This document shows positions 1 through 7,802 of a DNA stretch of 64,000 bases, one piece after another. The notes under the pieces were generated by a model. The model was given only the letters and a program-made list of their open reading frames with translations, was not told the DNA's origin and did not search any database. The first letter of the stretch is position 1, and each line of letters opens with the position of its first letter. A program made the position numbers and the translations under genes. Source of the stretch: Acidobacteriota bacterium (GTDB taxonomy: Bacteria > Acidobacteriota > UBA890 > WLXD01); assembly GCA_963666055.2 (NCBI GenBank), contig CAXWPH010000014.1:448001-512000 (forward strand). The letters are read 5' to 3'.

Positions 1-174
1 CGGGTTGTCGTCGGCAACAACGATCTGACCTTTGACTACGGCGTCATCGGCTACCCCAGCTACTTCCTGATCGACCAAGAAGGTCGGAAGGTCCGCAAGT
101 ACGTCGGCGCACTGCCCGACCTCCAAGAGCGCATCGGTGCCGACGTTCGCTTGCTGCTCGGAAACGTGCCTTGA
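1..174 (+). CDS. 3' end of a TlpA/thioredoxin-fold disulfide reductase (partial, starts before the window)
   Basis: Frame +1 reads RVVVGNNDLTFDYGVIGYPSYFLIDQEGRKVRKYVG...NVP*, the YGVxGxP-(S/T)xFLIDxxG cis-Pro motif of TlpA/ResA proteins. The redox-active motif lies outside the window. Confidence 0.75.
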   Translation, partial: RVVVGNNDLTFDYGVIGYPSYFLIDQEGRKVRKYVGALPDLQERIGADVRLLLGNVP

Positions 175-197
175 ATCACTATCAGACAGGAGGAGCC

Positions 198-1058
198 ATG
201 CGACGAATGATCACACGAGCCGTGGTGCTGCTGGTCAGCGTGAGCCTCTGGGCCATACCAGCGGTTCACGGACAGGAGCTCTCGGCGGAGGCCGGCCGCG
301 TCGTCGACTATCTGCTGCAGGATTGGCAACGCCAGTTCAGCTCGACGACGATTCCACACGCCATGCAGTTCATGGGAATGGACGTTGAAGACGACCTACG
401 GCTCGAGGTGGTGGCGCACCTACGCGACAACGATGGGCTGGCCCGCAACCTCCAGTGGTGGGGGGCCAACAACTACCTGTTCTCGAACCTCGAGAAGCGA
501 CTCGCCAAGTACTTGGTCCTCCTCCAGAAGCGCGCCGAGAAGCTGCCGACGGCCACCGAGGCCGCGCAGGCACTCGAGATTTCTGAGGCCGAGCTGCGTG
601 CCCGAATGGCGTTCATGGCGCAGTCCGGCTTCCTGGAGACGGCTGCCAACGACCTCGGCTTCGCACTAGCACCCGGGTTTCAACGGTGGGCCGGGCCTCT
701 TCAGCACAACTTCCATACCGTGCGGATCGACGGCAACGCGCCACTCGACGTTTGGTGAGCAATAGACTTCCTGCTGTTGGTCAACAGCGACGAGTACAAA
801 GACAAGCACATCACCCTAGAGGACTCCTGCGCGCACGGTTATCTGCCGATCAACGTCGAGATCGACGCCGCCGAGATCACCCACCTCATTCCGGACACGG
901 TGTGGGTTCAGCGGGGCGGTGGCTGAGCGGTCGACAATCTCTTCTGGTCAGAAGAGCACCTGAATGAGTGGTTGGATGAGAACCTGGAATACCGCGAGCT
1001 CAACCAGCAGCCGATTGGCGATTTCCTCGAGGAAATGAAGGCCGGCACGGCCGAGTAA
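198..1058 (+). CDS. Exported MerB-like (organomercurial lyase fold) protein with two predicted selenocysteines (UGA 756-758 and 924-926), 286 aa
   Basis: AGGAGG RBS before ATG198 and a signal peptide. Reading through the two TGAs gives W-U-AID, EDSCAHG, GGG-U-AVDNLFWS and LNEWLDEN, colinear with MerB WC96ALD99, SHC117, FC159CHVHFF and EDWASKH. Ends at TAA 1056-1058. Confidence 0.8.
759..788 (+). promoter_or_regulatory. Putative bacterial SECIS element for UGA 756-758
   Basis: Stem GCTGTT(773-778)/AACAGC(783-788) with a GGTC loop starting at position +21 after the UGA. Confidence 0.7.
927..956 (+). promoter_or_regulatory. Putative bacterial SECIS element for UGA 924-926
   Basis: Stem CTCTTCT(939-945)/AGAAGAG(950-956) with the same GGTC loop starting at position +20 after the UGA. 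Confidence 0.7.
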
Positions 1059-1490
1059 GGTCTCCTTCTGTCGGGCCTCACCCTGCTCGCCTTGGCGTCG
1101 TCCGCGCAGCGGTCGCCGAGGCTCAATCGGCGCGCAACGACCTCACCGCGTCAGCGTGTGGTCGGCCGAGTGCCGGACCGGCGATCGCCAGCAGATCGAT
1201 CTTGTCGGCGACCACGTCCTGGTTGGCGAAGGCCTCGTGCACATCGTCTCCCCCGATTGCGTTGACGGGTTCGCTCACGCATAGTCGCTATCATCAAACA
1301 CTTCAATCTTCTGGGACGATGGAGGCTGGTCGGACCCGGATCATGACGGCGTTTAGCTAGGTAGGCACCGAGGGCGAGCTGCTGGGCGGCGAACAGGACT
1401 AGTCGGCCGCCTTTCTGTCAATCTTGACGCCTTGTGCTGAGATGCACTCCGTGTGTCAGAGTGACCCGCGCCCAATCAGATCCTCGGTGG

Positions 1491-2642
1491 ATGCCGGCTG
1501 AGATGGACTTCTCGAGCGGATTTGGTAACTTCGAGGGCCGAGCCTGGCTCAACACGGCACACCAGGGTGCGCTTCCCCTCCGCGCCGCCGACGAGGTCCG
1601 TGAGGCCATCGAGTGGAAGCTCGCGCCGCGAAGTCTCACGCCGGAGCGTTTTCGAGGAGTGCCCGATCGGCTTCGCACCGCCATCGGTCGCCTGCTCCAT
1701 GCTCCGCCTGAAGAGATCATCCTCGCCAACAGCGCCTCGTACGGCCTGCACCTGGTCGCCCAAGCGTTCCCGTGGGAGGCCGGCGACGAGGTGCTGGTGA
1801 TGGCAGGCGACTTCCCCGCCGACATCCTCCCCTGGCTCGCCCTCGAACAACGGCAGGATGTGACCGTCCGTCGCATTCGCCCCGCGCACCGGGTCATCGA
1901 GCCGGAGGATCTCATCGCCGCACTAGGCCCAAGAACCCGCTTGTTGTGCACCACCTGGGTGCACTCCTTCTCCGGCTACACCATCGATCTGGCAGGCCTC
2001 GGGAAGATCTGCCGAGAGCACGGCATCATCTTTCTGCTCAACGTGTCTCAAGGCCTGGGCGCCGCGCCGCTGGATACGCGAACCGCTCCGATCGATGGGT
2101 TGGTGAGCGCCGGGCACAAATGGCTGTGCGGCCCATACGGCACGGGAATCTGTTGGCTCCGTCCCGACCTGCGCGAACGGCTCCGGCAGGTCAAGGCGTA
2201 TTGGCTCGCCATGCAGACGCAGGAAGAGCTCGGCGATGAAGTCGTCGACGTGGCCTTGAAAGAAGGTCTCGGCGCCCGCGCCTTCGATGTGTTCGGGACG
2301 GCGAACTTCTTCAACTTCAAGCCCGCCGCGGCAGCGGTCGAGCTGCTGCTGGAGCTCGGCGTCGAGCGAATTCGAGCGCACGACCAGGCGCTCGTATCGC
2401 GGCTCATTGCCGGACTCCCAGAGCCCTACGAGCTGCTGAGCCCGGCCGACGGGCCGCGCCGCTCGACCCTGGTCTTCATCTCGCACCGCGACCCGGGTCG
2501 GAACCGCGACGTGCATGCAGCGCTGGCCGCCGCAGGGGTGGACATCGCCTTTCGAAACGGCGCCCTGCGGGTTGCTCCGCATCTCTACAACACACCCGCC
2601 GATATCGACCGCGCACTCTCAGTTCTCGATTCGTTCGAATAA
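1491..2642 (+). CDS. Aminotransferase class V PLP-dependent enzyme (cysteine desulfurase/selenocysteine lyase-like fold)
   Basis: WLNTAHQG, SAGHKWLCGPYGTG (PLP lysine), LRVAPHLYNT. No C-terminal RxGxHC-type catalytic Cys loop is visible. Confidence 0.85.
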   Translation: MPAEMDFSSGFGNFEGRAWLNTAHQGALPLRAADEVREAIEWKLAPRSLTPERFRGVPDRLRTAIGRLLHAPPEEIILANSASYGLHLVAQAFPWEAGDEVLVMAGDFPADILPWLALEQRQDVTVRRIRPAHRVIEPEDLIAALGPRTRLLCTTWVHSFSGYTIDLAGLGKICREHGIIFLLNVSQGLGAAPLDTRTAPIDGLVSAGHKWLCGPYGTGICWLRPDLRERLRQVKAYWLAMQTQEELGDEVVDVALKEGLGARAFDVFGTANFFNFKPAAAAVELLLELGVERIRAHDQALVSRLIAGLPEPYELLSPADGPRRSTLVFISHRDPGRNRDVHAALAAAGVDIAFRNGALRVAPHLYNTPADIDRALSVLDSFE

Positions 2643-3154
2643 CTCACATTGAGCGACAGGTCGTTGGCCGGCCCGTCCGCCTCAGGGACCTTGGCGAGCC
2701 CGAAGTCGAGCACCTTGACCTTGCCATCGGGTGCGACCTGCGCGTTCGCCGGCTTCAGGTCACGATGGATGATGCCAGCCTCGTGAGCCGCTTCGAGCGC
2801 TAGGGGGATCTGCCGAGTGATGTCGAGCGCCTCGTCTACCACGATCCGGCCGGAGGCAGCAATCCGCTCGACTAGGCTGTGACCTTCGGCCACCTCCATG
2901 ACGATGAAACGCACCCCGTCAGACTCTTCGAACCCGTGGATGGTAGCGATGTTGGGGTGACTCAAGGAGGTAAGGAGCTTAGCTTCGCGCTCGAATCGAG
3001 CCAGAGGAACGGGGTCGTTCGCGATCTCTTCCGATAGCACCTTGATGGCAACATCACGGTCCAGCGTCGTATCGCGTGCCCGGTACACCTCGCCCATCCC
3101 GCCTGCGCCGAGCGGGGCGATGATCTCGTAGTGGCCGAGCGTCTTGCCGATCAT
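2585..3154 (-). pseudogene. Truncated Ser/Thr protein kinase (N-terminal part of the catalytic domain)
   Basis: LGAGGMGEVY, VAIKVL, HRDLKPAN and DFGLAK are present; similarity stops before the APE motif and the frame runs into the opposite gene. Confidence 0.85.
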
Positions 3155-3173
3155 CAAGAGCCGTCCGTCGGCA

Positions 3174-3450
3174 CTAGCCGTTCAGTGCCTCGAACCAATT
3201 GAGGACGACGTTGAGTCGTGTGCCGGGTGCCGCGCCCCCAGTCTCCTCACTACCAGCAGGCACCGTCACCAGGAGCTTCTGGCCATCGGCGGTGACATCG
3301 AAGTTGCTAGCGGCACGCATGACGATGTCCGAGACTTCGACAGGGTCGGATGCGGAAAACGACTCCTGGAGTTTTCCAACGCTCCACCCGGCCGTAATCG
3401 TGCCTACTTTTTCCTCGAAGCCGATCGCGGCACCATGTCCGTTCGCCGCG
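3174..3450 (-). pseudogene. C-terminal fragment of an acidobacterial kinase/beta-propeller protein
   Basis: NFDVTADGQKLLV...LNVVLNWFEAL is the typical C-terminus of these kinase-TolB-like proteins; no 5' part is attached. Confidence 0.65.
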
Positions 3451-3455
3451 CCTCG

Positions 3456-3928
3456 TACGCCGTCGCCAGGGTAGGAGCCACGATAGCGATGCGCGTCTCT
3501 GACTACTCGACCCAGGGCCGCCACGCTTTCTTTCGCCTTCACGAGAAGGGCGGAAAGTTCCACAAGGTCCCCGCGCACCACGTGGCGGCCGAGTACGTTG
3601 AGGAGTATGTAGCCGCCGCCGACGATCGCCGCGGGCCTCGCTTTCGTACCGCCCGCGGTCGCACACGTGCTCTCACAACCAACCCGATGAGCCAGAGCGA
3701 CGTTTGGCGCATGATCCGCCGCCGGGCCGAGACGCCGGTATAACCTCAGACATCGGCTGCTACTCTTGGCGGGGGACTGGCATTACCGCTTTCCTCGAGG
3801 CTGGTGGCGAGCTCGCCGTCGCACAGCAGCTCGCTGGCCATGAGTCGCCACGCACGACCAAGCTCTACGCCCGCCGGGCGGAGAAGATCAGCATCGGCGA
3901 GATCGAGCGGATTCGGCTCGGCAGCTGA
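3456..3928 (+). pseudogene. Tyrosine recombinase C-terminal half, frameshifted near 3730
   Basis: ARVGA, RLHEKGGK, then after a frame change GCYSWRGTGITAFL...AGHESPRTTKLY. HxxR has decayed to YxxR and the N-terminus is missing. Confidence 0.8.
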
Positions 3929-3993
3929 CTCTTTTCTGTCCCGTCTTGCCGGTGAAGAGCGGGCGGGTGTGGAAGACGTAGGGGGCAAAAGCA

Positions 3994-4770
3994 ATGATGG
4001 CCACGGGACAAATGGGGTGCCGGCCGTATCTCGAGCGTGTCTCGTTGGCCGAGAGCGACGAACCAGTCTTCCAGGAGCACCTGGCACGTTACCAGTTTGC
4101 GATGCACTTGGCAGACGGCAAGCTCGTGCTCGATGCGGCTTCGGGAACTGGATACGGGGCGGCGCTTCTGGCCCGCACGGCACGGTACGTGGTGGGCGTG
4201 GACATCGCTCGTGAAGCGGTAGTCGCGAGCCTACGCGATTTCTACAGCCCGAACCTGGGCTTCTTTCAGATGGATTGCAACCACCTGGGGTTCACGACGG
4301 CTGCCTTCGACCTTGTTTGCGCCTTCGAGATCATCGAGCACGTTGCAGGTCATCGCGAGATGATCCGGGAAATCGAACGCGTGCTGCGCCCCGGCGGAAG
4401 GTTTGTGGTATCCACCCCCAACCGCCGCCCGGAGGATCCTGTACCCCCTGCCAACCCACACCATGTCCAGGAGTTCTCGTCCAAGGAGCTAGCGGCCCTG
4501 CTCCGCGAGTTCTTCCCGCAGGTGGACCTGTACGGTCAGTGCGGAAGTCAGCGGGCGCATTCATGGAAACACGGAACGCCCCTCGAGCAACGGCTTGCCC
4601 GGCTCGATCCGCTGGGGATCCGGCGTCTGGTACCCAGCCCCCTGTATCGCGGCCTCCACCACCTGTTCCGAGTGCCCCTTCCCGAAGATCTCCGGCCATC
4701 CGACTATCCGATCACGCGTGAGGGATTGGAAACCGCGGACTTCGTGGTGGCCGTATGCGTGAGCGCTTGA
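3994..4770 (+). CDS. Class I SAM-dependent methyltransferase
   Basis: EHLARY, VLDAASGTGYG, FEIIEH, RVLRPGG, STPN, NPHHVQEF. Confidence 0.9.
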   Translation: MMATGQMGCRPYLERVSLAESDEPVFQEHLARYQFAMHLADGKLVLDAASGTGYGAALLARTARYVVGVDIAREAVVASLRDFYSPNLGFFQMDCNHLGFTTAAFDLVCAFEIIEHVAGHREMIREIERVLRPGGRFVVSTPNRRPEDPVPPANPHHVQEFSSKELAALLREFFPQVDLYGQCGSQRAHSWKHGTPLEQRLARLDPLGIRRLVPSPLYRGLHHLFRVPLPEDLRPSDYPITREGLETADFVVAVCVSA

Positions 4771-4823
4771 TGAGTGAAACGGAGAGCGCTTCAGCGGGGC
4801 GAGCGGTGTCCAGACTTGAAGCC

Positions 4824-4889
4824 ACCGGTATTACAGCCTTCCTCGAAGCCGGCGGAGAGCTCGCCGTCGCCCAGCAGCTCGCCGGCCAT
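4824..4889 (+). repeat. Diverged 66-bp direct repeat of the integrase segment 3776-3841 (TGITAFLEAGGELAVAQQLAGH)
   Basis: Same peptide, differing at synonymous positions. Confidence 0.85.
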
Positions 4890-5060
4890 AGCTGCTGGTT
4901 GGCGTTGAACACCACCGAGCTGCCATCGGGTGAGATCGCAACACCCAGGGTGGAAGTGCTCTCGAAAGCAGTCTCTGGTGGATAGTCGATGTAGAAGCGG
5001 CGAATGAGGGACTCTGGCGGCTCTGGCGCTGACGGGGTCGTGATCCAGACTCCGAAAGCC
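4890..5060 (-). pseudogene. Internal fragment of a kinase/beta-propeller protein
   Basis: IRRFYIDYPP...VAISPDGSSVVFNANQQL, the typical start of the PD40-like region. Confidence 0.55.
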
Positions 5061-5308
5061 CCCAGAAGGGGAGGCTTCTCAGGGCTCCTAAGAAGACATA
5101 CGACTGGTATCGGCAAAGCATGCCTCATATTCTTGGGCGGATGGACTCACTACGACCAGTACACCTTCAATCTCGATGAGGCCGGCGAGGCGGAGAGCCT
5201 GACGGTGCATCAGTCCAGCCAGCAACGACGAGCCCGCAAGCGAGGCTAGCAGGCCGTCGTGAAAGTGTGGTGGGCCTGGTTACGGCGAGTTGGGGCCACC
5301 TCGCGGAG

Positions 5309-7699
5309 CTACTCTGCGCGCAAAACTCCCGCTGGTTCCTGCAGCGCCGCGCGCGTCGCGGGGAGCCAGCCCACGCCAACGGAGACCGCCATGACTGCCA
5401 TGGCGGCAGCTGCGAAGCTCCCCACGTCGCGGGCGGGCACGTCGACCAGCGATGCCACCAACGCGCCGGCCGCCAGATAGGCACCGACCAGGCCGGCCGC
5501 CACGCCGACCAGCACGCCACGGAGTGGCTTGGTCAGCGCCTCTCGACGTAGCTTGCCGGGAGTCGCCCCCACGGCCGACCGGATTGCGATCTCCCGGCGC
5601 CTGGCCGCCAACGAGTGCGCCACAGTTCCGTACAGACCGGTGACCGCAAGGATCAGTCCAAGCGAGCCGAATGCGCTGGCGATGGCTGCATTCGTGCGCG
5701 ACTCCGCCAGGGCCCTGTCGACCAGCGCGACCAGCGGCTTGGGGTCATCGATAGGAATCAGCCTGTCGAGGCGAGAGAGAGCGTCGCGCAGGGCCGCCAT
5801 GGCCGGGTTCAAGCCCGGCTCTCGCGCCCGCAGCAGTACGCTGAGCTGCGGCCAATACAACTGGTCGAGTGGAACGTGGACGAACGGGACACCGGCTCCT
5901 GTAAGGGAGTTGTATCGGTAGTCCGCAACGACTCCAATAATGGTGCGCGAGCCTGCGTCCCAGGAGAGCCGGATCTGGCTCCCCACCGGGGTGCCTCCCA
6001 GAAGTCGTGCCAGCGTTTCGCCGATGACCGCCACCTGCTCGCCATCGCGCCTATCCGAGTCGGTGATTGCTCGGCCCGCCAGAAGCGGAACCTCTAGAAG
6101 CTCGAGGTAACCGGAAGACACTGACGCCAGGCGCGCGTCGATCACGTCGAAAGCGTCCGCCGGTGACGTGATCTCGACGTTGGTGCGAACCGGCTGCAGC
6201 AGTAGAGAGGAGCTAAGTGCGACAGCCTCGACGCCCGGATGTCGGGCGAGCGCGCTCAGCAGCTGCGCATACAACGCACCGCCGTTGCTGTCGTCATAGG
6301 TATTGCGATCGAGTGTGATGCTGGCGGTGGTGATTCCCGACGTCCTGAAGCCCGGATCGATGGCCGCCGCGTTCCAGGCGCTGCGTAGGAGCAAGCTCAT
6401 GGCGACAAGCAATATGGTTGAGCCTGCCACTTGAGCGGTCACCAAGGTGGCTGCGACCCGCGACTGCCTGAGCCCACCCATGCTTGCTTGCGTCGCGTCG
6501 ACATCGCGCAGCTCAACCAAGCCCACCAGCAGGCCCAGAAGCAGGCAACCGCACACGCCGGCAAAGGCCCCGAGCGCCGCAGCGCCACCGTCGAACGACA
6601 GGTCAACATGAGCCGGCACGGGTAGCGGCAGGCCCACGACGAGCGGCGCGACGATCCTCATGAACACAAGACCCAGAAAGGTCCCCGCTGCCCCCAAGAT
6701 GCCGACTTCGGCGGCGAGCCGGCGCGACAACTGAGCCCGACCGGCTCCCAGCGCCCGACGGATGGCCATCTCTTCAGCCCTTACCTGGCCTTGGGCGATC
6801 ATCATCGTCGACAGATTGGCCGCCGCTGTCGCGAGCACCAATAGAGCCAGGATCCCGAAACCACCGAGTACACGGGCAACCGTGCCGCGGTAGGCGGGCC
6901 AGATGCGCAGCTGGCGCGCCGGCAACATCTCCAGAGCCCAGGTGTTCGCAGCGTCGTCGGTGTCGGGGTGGTCCATGCGGTCGAATACCGGGCCAGCGCC
7001 CGTTTCTGGAACAACACCCTGGCGCAATCGTCCGATGGTCTGTAGCCAGTGCAGCGACGCGTCCTGCAAGAGCTCCTCGTCACTACCCCAGATCGCTGCT
7101 TCCGCTTCGATCGGTGCCCAGAAATCGGGATCCCAGGCGGGCCCGCGGAAACCCGCCGGCGCCACGCCGATCACGGTGAAGGAATTGCGATTGAGGCGCA
7201 CCGTCCGTCCAATGACATCCGGTCTGCCCTCGAACTGTTGTCGCCACAGTCGGTGGCTCAGCACAACCAGATCGCTCGCTCCTTCAGCTGGATCGAAGAA
7301 CCTCCCGACGGCTGGTTCAACGCCGAGCACTGAGAAGTAATTCCGTGTTACTAGCTCGCCTACTGTTTGAGATGGGTGATCAGCCTCACCGAGTGGCGCC
7401 CATATCCGAGAGAAAGCGGCGAGCTGTGCTCGGTTGATCAGCTCGTGCTGAAGCGACAACACTTCCTGATATGAGAGTTCACGAAAGGCGTTCCGCTCGC
7501 TCTGCGTCTCATAGAGGGTGAACAGACTCGCGGGGTTCTCGAAAGGAAGCCGCCGCATCAGCATCTGCTCCAGCGTCGCCGCACCCAGCCCAACGGCGGT
7601 GATCCCGAGGCCAAGCGTCACGGCGGCGGCCACGGTGGTCGCGGGTCGCCGTCGGAGGCTCCTCAGCGCTGCGCGGATCTCGGCTAACACAGCTGACAC
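5309..7699 (-). CDS. ADOP-type (duplicated MacB/FtsX) ABC transporter permease
   Basis: TLGLGI, VTRNYFSVLGV, EMAIRRALGAGR, QVA, REIAIRSAVGA; two MacB_PCD/FtsX halves. Start codon uncertain. Confidence 0.9.
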   Translation of the reverse strand: MSAVLAEIRAALRSLRRRPATTVAAAVTLGLGITAVGLGAATLEQMLMRRLPFENPASLFTLYETQSERNAFRELSYQEVLSLQHELINRAQLAAFSRIWAPLGEADHPSQTVGELVTRNYFSVLGVEPAVGRFFDPAEGASDLVVLSHRLWRQQFEGRPDVIGRTVRLNRNSFTVIGVAPAGFRGPAWDPDFWAPIEAEAAIWGSDEELLQDASLHWLQTIGRLRQGVVPETGAGPVFDRMDHPDTDDAANTWALEMLPARQLRIWPAYRGTVARVLGGFGILALLVLATAAANLSTMMIAQGQVRAEEMAIRRALGAGRAQLSRRLAAEVGILGAAGTFLGLVFMRIVAPLVVGLPLPVPAHVDLSFDGGAAALGAFAGVCGCLLLGLLVGLVELRDVDATQASMGGLRQSRVAATLVTAQVAGSTILLVAMSLLLRSAWNAAAIDPGFRTSGITTASITLDRNTYDDSNGGALYAQLLSALARHPGVEAVALSSSLLLQPVRTNVEITSPADAFDVIDARLASVSSGYLELLEVPLLAGRAITDSDRRDGEQVAVIGETLARLLGGTPVGSQIRLSWDAGSRTIIGVVADYRYNSLTGAGVPFVHVPLDQLYWPQLSVLLRAREPGLNPAMAALRDALSRLDRLIPIDDPKPLVALVDRALAESRTNAAIASAFGSLGLILAVTGLYGTVAHSLAARRREIAIRSAVGATPGKLRREALTKPLRGVLVGVAAGLVGAYLAAGALVASLVDVPARDVGSFAAAAMAVMAVSVGVGWLPATRAALQEPAGVLRAE

Positions 7700-7802
7700 A
7701 TCTGTTGGTTCGCTCGCTATAGGACGACGTGGGACCATGCCGCGGCCTGCTCTCCTGGCAGTCCGCTTACCGCAGCGGTGCTAGTGGCTATCGACGCGGA
7801 AC

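Noticed and set aside
756-926. UGA as Trp/Gly (genetic code 4/25) or as simple nonsense mutations
   Set aside because: TGA terminates many genes here, often in ATGA overlaps. Both UGAs sit at catalytic Cys positions and have matching hairpins, which favours Sec.
1491-2642. Calling the PLP enzyme a selenocysteine lyase (SufS/CsdA)
   Set aside because: It lacks the C-terminal catalytic Cys motif, and proximity to the selenoprotein gene is not enough.
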